DNA of 64,000 nucleotides from Felixounavirus LF110P2: sequence record OZ035782.1; one strand, 5' to 3'. Shown piece by piece: positions 39,143 to 47,836 of this stretch (position 1 is its first letter; each line of letters starts with the position of its first letter). The notes under the pieces were generated by a model. It saw only the letters and a program-made list of their open reading frames with translations, ran no database searches and was not told where the DNA came from. The position numbers and the translations under genes were made by a program.

Positions 39143-39408
39143 CAGAGAATCAAGACACTTTCTATGTAGAAGGTTACTTACTGTTGCCACGACCAAAAGA
39201 AACTTATATGCGAATCGATTTCTTACCAACCATTATGGATAATGTGATGTGTCATATCTTTATGCAAGGTGTCACAGCACAGCTTAAGCATGTTGGTAAA
39301 GATTGCAAAATAAAGGTTGACACTCATCCAGAAATCAAAGAGAATCACTACACATGGTTCTTACCAGATTCTAAAGAAATCTTAGCAGTTCTTAAAACGA
39401 GGAAGTAA
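39139..39408 (+). CDS. hypothetical protein
   Basis: 89-aa ORF. Confidence 0.4.
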   Translation: MTENQDTFYVEGYLLLPRPKETYMRIDFLPTIMDNVMCHIFMQGVTAQLKHVGKDCKIKVDTHPEIKENHYTWFLPDSKEILAVLKTRK

Positions 39409-39410
39409 CT

Positions 39411-39737
39411 ATGCAGATTAATGGAAGAGACTTTGTAGCCGTTTACTACGAGAAAGATAAAGAAGTTGGCGTAGCACAAGTAACTTACGGCAATGGTAAG
39501 TGGCTATATGGAACAATTGCAGTGGTCGGAACAAGAAGTGACACAAAAACTTTTAAAGATTGTGTTGACCTTCTTGAAGAATCCATTCAGAATCATTGGT
39601 GTCTGATATGGATGACTGACAACGAAGTGATAGAACGCTTCAAAAAGATTGATATCAACATTGATAGTATTGAGCATGTTGATTTATATGAGCTAACTGA
39701 GAAGGTAAACTATGAAAGTAATACTAGCCAGAGATAA
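39411..39737 (+). CDS. hypothetical protein
   Basis: 108-aa ORF. Confidence 0.4.
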   Translation: MQINGRDFVAVYYEKDKEVGVAQVTYGNGKWLYGTIAVVGTRSDTKTFKDCVDLLEESIQNHWCLIWMTDNEVIERFKKIDINIDSIEHVDLYELTEKVNYESNTSQR

Positions 39738-39939
39738 AAAGACACGAAAGCTTATCAGGTCAGCAGTGTTCATTGGACGAAATGAGGTCATCCCATTTAC
39801 AGCAAATGATGTGATAGCTTACAGGAAGAACTTAGTATTCACTGACTGCTTACGTGGCTTCATCTCTGAACCATTGGAAGACTTTAAAAGTCGTTGTGGT
39901 AAAGGTATCATCATTCAAGAGGCAATTATTCATGGCTGA
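39712..39939 (+). CDS. hypothetical protein
   Basis: 75-aa ORF. Confidence 0.3.
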   Translation: MKVILARDKKTRKLIRSAVFIGRNEVIPFTANDVIAYRKNLVFTDCLRGFISEPLEDFKSRCGKGIIIQEAIIHG

Positions 39940-40132
39940 CTTCTGTAAAGATTGTTCTATCGAAATGTTCGGACGTGATACAGGTGACTTAAAAGGTCTT
40001 ATCACTGAAGATGACTTTAAAGCTGGCTACGCAATGCCAGTAATCTGTGAAGGTTGTGGGTGCATCTGGGTAGACCACGAAGGGCAACGTGTAAAACCTT
40101 CAGAAGATAAAGAATCTTGGGAGAGATGTTAA
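39854..40132 (+). CDS. hypothetical Cys-containing protein (start uncertain)
   Basis: CKDC...CEGCGC motifs; overlaps previous ORF. Confidence 0.35.
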   Translation: MASSLNHWKTLKVVVVKVSSFKRQLFMADFCKDCSIEMFGRDTGDLKGLITEDDFKAGYAMPVICEGCGCIWVDHEGQRVKPSEDKESWERC

Positions 40133-40918
40133 ATGGGTATTGTAAAAATCATCAATGGCGATATCTTTGCAGCATTTGATAAAGGTAAGTTTGACATCAT
40201 TGGTCACGGTTGCAACTGTATGAATTTAATGGGTGCAGGTATCGCTGACAAGATTTCTAAACTTTACCCAAAAGCATATGAGACCGATACAGAAGTTTAC
40301 CTCTATGCAGGTGGTATAGGTCACAAACCCTGTGAAAATCTACTGGGTAATTTCTCTGTAGCACGTTTAGAACAAGGCCGTATAGCTAACCTTTACACTC
40401 AGCTTAAGACTGGTAAAGATGCCCGATACAGTGCTTTAGAGTCATCTTTGAAACAACTTAACAGATACTGTGAAGTCAATCAGTTGAAGAAAGTTGGGTT
40501 ACCTATGATTGGTGCAGGTATCGGTGGACTAGACCCTCAAGCCGTCACAGTTATCATTAATCAGGTGATGAAGAGTGTAGATGTGTATCTTTATGTCTAC
40601 GAAGGAGAGATGTACCACAAGTTACGCTCAGGTTGGAAGAACTACTGTGAACCAGAATACTTTGCAGGTGTAGCAGTGTTCACAGATGATACAGTTACCC
40701 TCTTCAGACGAAGAAAAGGTAAGATACATCAAAGTAACCCTCCGGTTGAAAAGATGTCTCTAAGTAACGCTCTAGTTACCCACCTGTCGAAGAGCAATCA
40801 CAGGATTGCAGTAACATTTGGCAGTGATGCAGATACTTACATCTATGCAAGAACTGATGAGGATATCGAGACAGTTTTCTCTTCGCCAGAAGTTACCTTC
40901 TTAGACGCAAAGAACTAA
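40133..40918 (+). CDS. macro-domain protein (ADP-ribose binding/processing)
   Basis: INGDIF...DIIGHGCNCMNLMGAGIADKI matches the macro signature GDI..D.IVNAAN..L.GGGV..AI. Confidence 0.65.
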   Translation: MGIVKIINGDIFAAFDKGKFDIIGHGCNCMNLMGAGIADKISKLYPKAYETDTEVYLYAGGIGHKPCENLLGNFSVARLEQGRIANLYTQLKTGKDARYSALESSLKQLNRYCEVNQLKKVGLPMIGAGIGGLDPQAVTVIINQVMKSVDVYLYVYEGEMYHKLRSGWKNYCEPEYFAGVAVFTDDTVTLFRRRKGKIHQSNPPVEKMSLSNALVTHLSKSNHRIAVTFGSDADTYIYARTDEDIETVFSSPEVTFLDAKN

Positions 40919-40983
40919 GAAACTTCGTAGGATATTCACAATAGACTAAGCCTTTCTTATCTGGTAAATTTTTCAGGTAAGGA

Positions 40984-41170
40984 GGGCTTTTTCATTTCAG
41001 AATTGTGCAGGTATATTTCTATAGAGAAATCTGTAGAGAAAATTTTGAACTCCAAAGAGAAAATTCATTTTCAAATTGTGCAGGTAATCTCCAAAGGGCT
41101 TTTTCATTTTCAAAACGTGCAGACCCCGCTCAGGTCGGGCAAGAAAAATCATTTTAGAATCGTGCAGGTA
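40984..41170 (+). repeat. four direct ~22-bp repeats ending in GTGCAG in a 340-bp non-coding leader
   Basis: TTCATTTCAGAATTGTGCAGGTA (40991), TTCATTTTCAAATTGTGCAGGTA (41065), TTCATTTTCAAAACGTGCAGACC (41102), TCATTTTAGAATCGTGCAGGTA (41148). Confidence 0.6.
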
Positions 41171-41265
41171 GGTTTTTATAGAGAGCCAGACCAACCCCTC
41201 TCCCCCTCTTACTCCCCCTCAGATAAAGAGCTTTACCACTAAATCCTAAATTGGAGAACTTAAAA

Positions 41266-41559
41266 ATGGCTATTATCAAAAACGTTGTAATTGCTGCAAA
41301 AACTCGTGATGACGCTCGCGTTATGGCTAAAAAGTTATGCGGGAAAGTGGTTGACAACGGAAAACAATCTGCTGTAAGGTGGGGCGTGAAGGCTGATAAA
41401 CAGTTGAAGTTAAAAAATTCACCGATAAACCTTTTTACATGTGTAAACACTATCGGGAAGACAAATGTATACACGAAAAAGGCATACATTAGACGCGTAG
41501 CATTAACATCCCCCATTCGTACAATGAGAAGTTATGCAAAGCTGAAAATTAACAAATAA
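41266..41559 (+). CDS. hypothetical small protein (small-gene array member 1)
   Basis: Preceded by conserved leader ...CAGATAAAGAGCTTTACCACTAAATCC...GGAGA..AAAATG; start at ATG 41266. Confidence 0.5.
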   Translation: MAIIKNVVIAAKTRDDARVMAKKLCGKVVDNGKQSAVRWGVKADKQLKLKNSPINLFTCVNTIGKTNVYTKKAYIRRVALTSPIRTMRSYAKLKINK

Positions 41560-41646
41560 AGTACTTTACAGGGGGCTTAAAAGTTGATATCTTAAGCCCC
41601 AGATAAAGAGCTTTACCACTAAATCCTTAAACTAGGAGATTCAAAA

Positions 41647-42159
41647 ATGAAAACTGTAGATGCTACCTTTGAAGTTGTAAAAGAAAAATTCACCATTATT
41701 TACGAAGCTGTCAATTGCTTTGAAGCAAGCCATAATCTTGATAATTGGAAGTTTACAGACACCCATCAGGGCGGCGTGACTATCAAAAACCCCAACTGTC
41801 AGCGTAATGATTTTAAATATGCAATCCCTTTACATTACAGCCTTAAACAGCTTTCTAGTGACTATGCAAAACAAGGCCGGGAAAATCCATCAAAAGAGGC
41901 TTACGCAAGCTTACAGAAAGAACTAGAAAGAGATTTAGATGCTTCAGAGTACAACCTTGCCGCGAAAGTTGTCGATGCAAATGGTCAAACAATTTTAGAC
42001 AGTTTTTATATTGGTTACGCTTTTGATTGGTGCTATAGTGACGGCGATGATTTAGATGACAGACTAAAAGAAGAAGTGAACAACTCAGACGCAGAATCTG
42101 AAGTATTAGAACGTTTGGAATCATTAAAAGACTCAGTGATGAATATCTTTAAGAACTAA
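41647..42159 (+). CDS. hypothetical small protein (array member 2)
   Basis: Conserved leader with hairpin GGGGCTTAA..TTAAGCCCC then TAAACTAGGAGATTCAAAAATG. Confidence 0.55.
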   Translation: MKTVDATFEVVKEKFTIIYEAVNCFEASHNLDNWKFTDTHQGGVTIKNPNCQRNDFKYAIPLHYSLKQLSSDYAKQGRENPSKEAYASLQKELERDLDASEYNLAAKVVDANGQTILDSFYIGYAFDWCYSDGDDLDDRLKEEVNNSDAESEVLERLESLKDSVMNIFKN

Positions 42160-42251
42160 ATAGATTTCTTTACACGGGGTTATCAGACTGATAAGATAGC
42201 CCCAGATAAAGAGCTTTATTCAAATCAACCCTTAAACTAGGAGATTCTAAA

Positions 42252-42548
42252 ATGAAATTATCAAATCAAGTGCGTGAAAATCTGAGCAAATTACTCAACA
42301 AAATTGATTTCATTGAAACATCAAGGAATAGTCATGATGTTATGGAATGGTTACACGGCAAAATAAAAGGCCGTCGTGTAGTGATTTGCTTATGGAATAG
42401 TTGCAGGGAGTATAAAAAACCTGTATTGCAAGTCAATATCTATGATGACACTTTTAAAAGTCCTGTAAAGTCTAAAAGCGATTTATTAGAATCCTATGAG
42501 ATAACTGTAAATGGCAAAGTATCACGTAAAGAGGAAACACCATGTTAA
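42252..42548 (+). CDS. hypothetical small protein (array member 3)
   Basis: Conserved leader with covarying hairpin GGGGTTATC..GATAGCCCC. Confidence 0.55.
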   Translation: MKLSNQVRENLSKLLNKIDFIETSRNSHDVMEWLHGKIKGRRVVICLWNSCREYKKPVLQVNIYDDTFKSPVKSKSDLLESYEITVNGKVSRKEETPC

Positions 42549-42874
42549 TGACTGGTATCACTGCAACCATTGCCATTTTCGCGCTTTATAAGGCATATAA
42601 AGCCTATAATCTGGCAAGTAAGGCAATCACGCAGCAGGTTAGCAATAGCCTTGTAGAGAGCTTTCTAGGGCGTCTCAGTGATGAGCAAATAAAGCGGCTA
42701 GAGATGAGCTTCAGATACAAAGCGAAAACCTATCAGATAAGTGACATCTTCAAAGATGATTTTCAGTTAGTTGACGATTATAATTCTCTGATAAATGCTT
42801 TAAATATCAGTGACTTAAAAGACTACTACGCTGTAATTGTTCAAGAATTGAGCAAACGAAAACAAAGTGTTTGA
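42542..42874 (+). CDS. hypothetical small membrane protein (array member 4)
   Basis: Overlaps previous gene by 7 nt; hydrophobic N-terminus. Confidence 0.45.
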   Translation: MLMTGITATIAIFALYKAYKAYNLASKAITQQVSNSLVESFLGRLSDEQIKRLEMSFRYKAKTYQISDIFKDDFQLVDDYNSLINALNISDLKDYYAVIVQELSKRKQSV

Positions 42875-42963
42875 CACTGATTTTTAGATAGGCTAAATTA
42901 CACATCAACGGGGAGGGAATGACCTTCCCCACTAAATAAAGTCCTAAACTGGAGATTCTGAAA

Positions 42964-43122
42964 ATGTTTTGTGCAGGTGATAAAGTTGTCTGGAATGATA
43001 TAGATGACGGTTTATGTACGAAAGTTGTTGTTATCCTAGAAATTGATTATATCACTGGTGTTGCAACTGTAGCAGATAATGATATAATCTTTGATGTCTT
43101 AATTAGTGAACTGTCAAAATAA
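42964..43122 (+). CDS. hypothetical 52-aa protein (array member 5)
   Basis: Below the ORF-track size cutoff; preceded by GGGGAGGGAATGACCTTCCCC hairpin leader and GGAGATTCTGAAAATG. Confidence 0.4.
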   Translation: MFCAGDKVVWNDIDDGLCTKVVVILEIDYITGVATVADNDIIFDVLISELSK

Positions 43123-43147
43123 AACCCTTAAACTAGGAGCTTTTAAA

Positions 43148-43420
43148 ATGTACACTACTAACAACGGTCGCACCTTAAACGTAACCCTACGCCACTATGT
43201 GAACGGTGTAATGCACTTCGAGGATTTACAAGCTGAACAGCACATTTTGGATTGGCAAGTTGCAGGACTCCAAAAAACTGCTACAGGATACGGGAAAAAG
43301 ATTCCAACCAGTTGGAAAGTACACTACGAAGGACGTTTGCGCAGAATTTATCAGGATGTGCAAAGCAATAGCGCAACAAGTTACATCATGGTAAAAGGTA
43401 AAAAGCTGCATTTAGTATAA
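43148..43420 (+). CDS. hypothetical small protein (array member 6)
   Basis: Start moved to ATG 43148 after AAACTAGGAGC. Confidence 0.5.
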   Translation: MYTTNNGRTLNVTLRHYVNGVMHFEDLQAEQHILDWQVAGLQKTATGYGKKIPTSWKVHYEGRLRRIYQDVQSNSATSYIMVKGKKLHLV

Positions 43421-43505
43421 AGTACTTTACAAGGGGCTTATAGTTCGATAAAGTAAGCCCCAGATAAAGAGCTTTACCACTAAATCCTAAACTGGAGATT
43501 CAAAA

Positions 43506-44069
43506 ATGAAATGCTATCACGGAACTACCCTCAAAAACTTTGTAAACCTGCTGAATGGTGGCGACAAGCCGGAAGGAATCTGGAACTGCTCATACATGGA
43601 TGATTGTTTCTACGTTTACCCAATGAACAAGATTATCAAAACGGAATGTCTGGAAGATGAGGAAGATTCTTACATTCGTGAACGCTGCATTCAAAACGCT
43701 TTAGAATCTGGGCTTATTACGGCAGCTTTCCAAATGGAAACGCAGGACGTAATTGTCATTGAGATGGATATCCCAGAGGAAGAGCTAGAGGATGATTATT
43801 CTTGTGACAACATGAGCGATATCGCCAGCTTTACCGGACACTTTGATAAAAATTGGATTATTGGCCTCCACTCGACGAAATTTAGTGCGATGTATGCACC
43901 TTTCTTTGTACCGGATGCAACTAACCGCAATTTAGGCTATGTTGACGATGATTTGTTAAGTATGGCGAAAATTGTACAGAATAGCGGTGATAGTTCCGTG
44001 TTTTGTGACTTGCTGGATAAAATCACGGCAAACATCACAGAGCGCAATTTAAAAGACTTTTTAGGTTAA
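43506..44069 (+). CDS. hypothetical acidic protein (array member 7)
   Basis: Conserved leader with hairpin GGGGCTTA..TAAGCCCC. Confidence 0.55.
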   Translation: MKCYHGTTLKNFVNLLNGGDKPEGIWNCSYMDDCFYVYPMNKIIKTECLEDEEDSYIRERCIQNALESGLITAAFQMETQDVIVIEMDIPEEELEDDYSCDNMSDIASFTGHFDKNWIIGLHSTKFSAMYAPFFVPDATNRNLGYVDDDLLSMAKIVQNSGDSSVFCDLLDKITANITERNLKDFLG

Positions 44070-44132
44070 TCAGTACAAAGACACCAACTTCCAACTTAAG
44101 GCCCATACAGGGCCATTTAAAGGGCTTAAATC

Positions 44133-44366
44133 ATGCTTACAACCGTTTATCTTATCCTTTCTATTTGTAATGGTCATTCATGTGATTTTAAAGGGCTTGA
44201 GGAGTTTACAGGGAGTAAAGAAAATGCTATTCAAGTTTGCCAGATAGCAAGACAAGACTATCCCGCCAGTGATGATATTCAATGCTACTTTAAGACAGAA
44301 GATGAAGACGGCGTCTATTTTGACAGTGTCGATGGTCAATATGAAATTATCATTGAAAAAGACTAG
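44133..44366 (+). CDS. hypothetical small protein (array member 8)
   Basis: 77-aa ORF preceded by GGCCC..GGGCC hairpin. Confidence 0.45.
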   Translation: MLTTVYLILSICNGHSCDFKGLEEFTGSKENAIQVCQIARQDYPASDDIQCYFKTEDEDGVYFDSVDGQYEIIIEKD

Positions 44367-44457
44367 ACAAGCCTGATAAAAGTCTGTAAATTGTCAATCA
44401 ACGGGGAGGGAATGACCTTCCCCACTAAATAAAGTCCTTAAACTAGGAGATTCTAAA

Positions 44458-44799
44458 ATGGCTTATGTAACTGTAATTACCGATAAAGAAGATTCATCTT
44501 GGTCAACTCAAGTAAGTGATAAGATGTCACCTATGCAGTGCCTAAAATACTTTGAGCAGTGGAACAAAGGCGAGGATGTCAGCCCCTTTCAAGTGATGCA
44601 AATCATCCATACAGATAACGAAGGGAACAAAACGACACTTAATAGCGAGTATTACGCAAATCGTTTTGAGAGTCGAGTTGAAACGATGAAGGGGCTGCGT
44701 GAGGCCGGATATGGGCACATTGCCGCCTTGTTATGGGATAGCCTACTAAAAAATCAGCGTATCAGCTATGTAAAACCTGAAAAAATATTCATCAGTTAA
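44458..44799 (+). CDS. hypothetical small protein (array member 9)
   Basis: Leader CAACGGGGAGGGAATGACCTTCCCCACTAAATAAAGTCCTTAAACTAGGAGATTCTAAAATG. Confidence 0.55.
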   Translation: MAYVTVITDKEDSSWSTQVSDKMSPMQCLKYFEQWNKGEDVSPFQVMQIIHTDNEGNKTTLNSEYYANRFESRVETMKGLREAGYGHIAALLWDSLLKNQRISYVKPEKIFIS

Positions 44800-45021
44800 T
44801 CAATAACTTACAAAAAACTTTTAAAAAGATGTTGACAATCCCTCTTGACATTGGTAACTTTGTTCGAGGGGGTTTATCTAAAAGGGATTAACTTAAAAGA
44901 TTCTTTATAGATAGACTTAAAAAATTGCTTGCAATCAGATATCAAAACAAGTAAATTACTCATCAACGGGGAGGCAATAATCTCCCTACTAAGTAAAGTC
45001 CTTAAACTAGGAGATTCTAAA

Positions 45022-45552
45022 ATGAACAAGTTCAAAGCTATCAACTATATTCGTTCAAATAATGTAATGTCTAAGCCTGTTAAAGATACCTATGAATTTC
45101 GTTGTAATGGGGTACACTTTGCAACCATTACCAAATCAGAAAACGGGGCTTATTACGTTCATCGTCGTAATGTTGCAACCGTTGTAGTCTCTCACTTTAT
45201 GCAAGCTGTCGCGGAACTTCTCCCGATGTTTTTAGGTCTTTATTTAGATGAGTGTAAAAACGTTCACAGCCACGTTAAAAACCTTTTAAATAGCTATAAA
45301 ATGGCTTATGAACGTTCTATCAAGTCCTTAAACAAGTTTTACAACGCACCTAAAAATACTGTATCAATAGCCTATGCTGCAAATGGTGAGATGGTAAACT
45401 TATCCAATGTGGAAGAAATCAAGCTGCATGATTTACGCCCTAGCGGTTACTCTAAGACTCTCGGTGAAGGTTTAACGTTCAATATCAAGAACTTAGAGAA
45501 AACTTTAAAAGATATTGAAAAAGATATTGACGAGACAATCAAAAATCTGTAA
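45022..45552 (+). CDS. hypothetical protein (array member 10)
   Basis: Start moved to ATG 45022 after conserved leader with GGGAGGCAATAATCTCCC hairpin. Confidence 0.5.
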   Translation: MNKFKAINYIRSNNVMSKPVKDTYEFRCNGVHFATITKSENGAYYVHRRNVATVVVSHFMQAVAELLPMFLGLYLDECKNVHSHVKNLLNSYKMAYERSIKSLNKFYNAPKNTVSIAYAANGEMVNLSNVEEIKLHDLRPSGYSKTLGEGLTFNIKNLEKTLKDIEKDIDETIKNL

Positions 45553-45613
45553 ATTGTCAATCAACGGGGGATGACCTCCCCCACTAAATAAAATCCTAAA
45601 CTGGAGATTCAAA

Positions 45614-45877
45614 ATGGAACACGTCGAACTGACCACACTTTTACAAATTGCAACCGACAAAGAGGATGTAGCATTATTCCATCGTATCGAGAGTGATTTG
45701 TTCAATGGTGAAATCATTAAAGAGTCTTACGAAGTTGTCGGATTCAAAGACGGTAAAGCGTTCGGATTCTTTGACCTCGACAAAGGCAAAGCGGTTACAA
45801 AATATGATGTTTTATCTTGTGAGATTCTTACAAAATACAACGAAAAAAGGCTTGCAACATACGCCAATATGCAGTAA
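45614..45877 (+). CDS. hypothetical small protein (array member 11)
   Basis: Leader CAACGGGGGATGACCTCCCCCACTAAATAAAATCCTAAACTGGAGATTCAAAATG. Confidence 0.55.
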   Translation: MEHVELTTLLQIATDKEDVALFHRIESDLFNGEIIKESYEVVGFKDGKAFGFFDLDKGKAVTKYDVLSCEILTKYNEKRLATYANMQ

Positions 45878-45943
45878 ATTACTAATCAACGGGAGGCGAT
45901 AACCTCCCCACTAAATAAAACCCTTAAACTAGGAGATTCAAAA

Positions 45944-46192
45944 ATGGCAACTATCCGCGCTACTGTTAACGAGTTCGGTTTTTCCTCTCTGGATGTTAAA
46001 TTTGACATTGCAGGCACTGATAACGCCTTTGAAATGGTGAAAGTTCTTATCAGTCAGACCATCAAAGATTATAATCCTTCGGATGAGTTCTGGGAGGAAA
46101 CAAAACAAGAAGTTCTCAAGGATGGTTATACTTATCACTATTGGGGAGAAAAAATCGTCTCCCTGTACTACAACAAACAAGATTATAACTAA
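45944..46192 (+). CDS. hypothetical small protein (array member 12)
   Basis: Leader CAACGGGAGGCGATAACCTCCCCACTAAATAAAACCCTTAAACTAGGAGATTCAAAAATG. Confidence 0.55.
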   Translation: MATIRATVNEFGFSSLDVKFDIAGTDNAFEMVKVLISQTIKDYNPSDEFWEETKQEVLKDGYTYHYWGEKIVSLYYNKQDYN

Positions 46193-46231
46193 TCGACGCA
46201 GCGGGGCTATTTAGCCCCAGATACCTGAACA

Positions 46232-46258
46232 GCCCCTATTTAAAGGGGCTTTTTTACG
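46232..46258 (+). terminator. rho-independent terminator ending the small-gene array
   Basis: CAGCCCCT-ATTTA-AAGGGGCT hairpin plus TTTTTTACG. Confidence 0.55.
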
Positions 46259-46259
46259 T

Positions 46260-47830
46260 CTATCGAATCCTTATACAATCTCTTTCCATCACCTTTCCAG
46301 AATCTTCCCACTGATTCGATAGAACCTATCTCATACCTTAAAAGCAATAACTCTATAGTCTACTCTATAACCTCTTATCAAATCAACTTAAATAAAAGCC
46401 AATAACCCCAGAAAGGGGATGGCCCATTTAAACGCTCTATAAAGCCCTATAACAGCCTTATCAACCTAACTTAAGGGATTGCATTAACTCACCCTTAAAA
46501 GCTCTTTACAGGGCTTTATAGAGACTTAAAAGAATCTTATAAGGGTATAAGCTTTATTATATCGTTAGCATCTTGTGAACTACTAAAAAGGGGCTTGTTA
46601 GTGTCTTAAAAGTATGTTATAGGGGCTATAAAGTTACTTTGAAGTAGCTTAAAAGTTACGTAAATGCTAGCCCCCTTAACATTTTCTTAACAATTTCTTA
46701 ACAATCCCTACATAGTTATGCTTGTTAGCAACTTGTTAGCCCCTTGTTAAATCTCTGTTAAGACCACGTAAAAGCCTTGTAAGAGTCTTTGACATAGCCT
46801 TAAAAGCTCCTGTAAAGCTCTATAAAGAGGTGTTTGTACAGTTGGGGGATAGATACTAGGAAGAGGCTTAAAAGAGCTTATAAAGAGCTATAGAGAGCTT
46901 TTAAAAGGTATGTTTAGAGAATCACTAAGAAAGGAAAGGGAACGATAAGAAAAGAGTAGTGACCATGTTAATAGCTTGTTAAAAAGATTAAACACTTGTT
47001 AGAAACTTGTTAATTATCTTAACAAAATAACTCTTAAAAATTAACTTGTTAGCTCTTGTTAGTCATCTGTTAAGACTCTGTAAAGCCTATGTATCAACTG
47101 TTAAGAAACTGTTACACCATTGTTAGTTCTGTTAAGAAACTGTTAAGACCTTTGAAGAGTTGTTAAGAGCTTGAGAGAGTTGTTAAGAAATTGTTAAGGA
47201 TATTTTAAAATTTTGCAAAGTACTTGTAAGGGAGCTGTTAAGGGCTACCAAGCAGATATACATCCTAATCAGATATTTTTGAGTTCCTTCAAAGACCCTA
47301 AAAAATGACTTGATAGTCCTATTTTATAAAAATTTTAAGATTCTGAATAATTACCTATACAGTCTTTCTAAAAATACAGGTAGAAACAGGCTTATAAGAT
47401 ACCTTGTTAGTACCGTGTTAGACCTTGTGAGATAAGGTCTGTAAAGATATTCCTGTTAAGTTTGTTAAAACAGTCTATATAGAGGTTTAGTAATACCTAG
47501 TGAACACCTATAGAGAGTGTCATAGCTGACATAGAGATTAAGAGGTGTATAGGAGCTTCTAAGAGGGTATAGAGAGATGGTTAAGGTGATTGTATAGGTT
47601 GTTAAGAAGGCTTGTTAGAGGGCTTGTTAGAAGGGTTATACAGAGGGCTATTAAGACCACTAGATAGTTACTAAGATACTATATAGTACTATATAACTAT
47701 ATAGAGAGTAAGATTAAGAAGGTTGTTAAGAAGGATAGATATTTTGTTCACATATGATGGTGACCCAGAGGTTGGGACAACCGATAAAATTTTATAAAAA
47801 TAAAAAGCCCCCAATTAAGGAGGCTCTTAA
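46260..47830. repeat. about 1.6-kb non-coding region dense in short direct repeats (TTGTTAAG / CTTGTTAG / CTGTTAAG)
   Basis: More than 25 copies of (C/T)TGTTA(A/G)G and related AGCTCTATAAAGAG/CTTAAAAG units, e.g. 46681-46760, 46970-47200, 47590-47640; no ORF over 60 aa; between convergent blocks. Confidence 0.6.
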
Positions 47831-47836
47831 GATATT

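Larger units (their letters stand above)
41190..45943 (+). repeat. family of about 10 conserved 50-60 bp leader cassettes (hairpin plus fixed RBS context) in front of the small genes
   Basis: Two subtypes: (GGGGCTTA-loop-TAAGCCCC)AGATAAAGAGCTTTACCACTAAATCC and CAACGGGGAGG-loop-CCTCCCCACTAAATAAA, both ending TAAACT(A/G)GGAGATTCNAAAATG; stems show compensatory substitutions. Confidence 0.7.

Noticed and set aside
40997-41516. ORFs 40997-41194 (minus), 41003-41242 (plus), 41154-41516 (minus)
   Set aside because: Fall in the direct-repeat leader region or antisense to the first small gene; translations are low-complexity and lack starts with an RBS
41215-45943. Conserved leader cassettes interpreted as sigma70 promoters (CTTTACC as -35, TAAACT as -10)
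   Set aside because: Spacing between the hexamer-like boxes is about 9-12 nt, not 16-18; the conserved part is better explained as a translation-initiation region plus structural hairpin, though a phage-specific promoter is not excluded
46260-47830. Possible CRISPR array in the repeat-rich non-coding region
   Set aside because: Repeat units are only ~8 bp, irregularly spaced and in both orientations; no 25-40 bp direct repeats with uniform spacers and no cas genes
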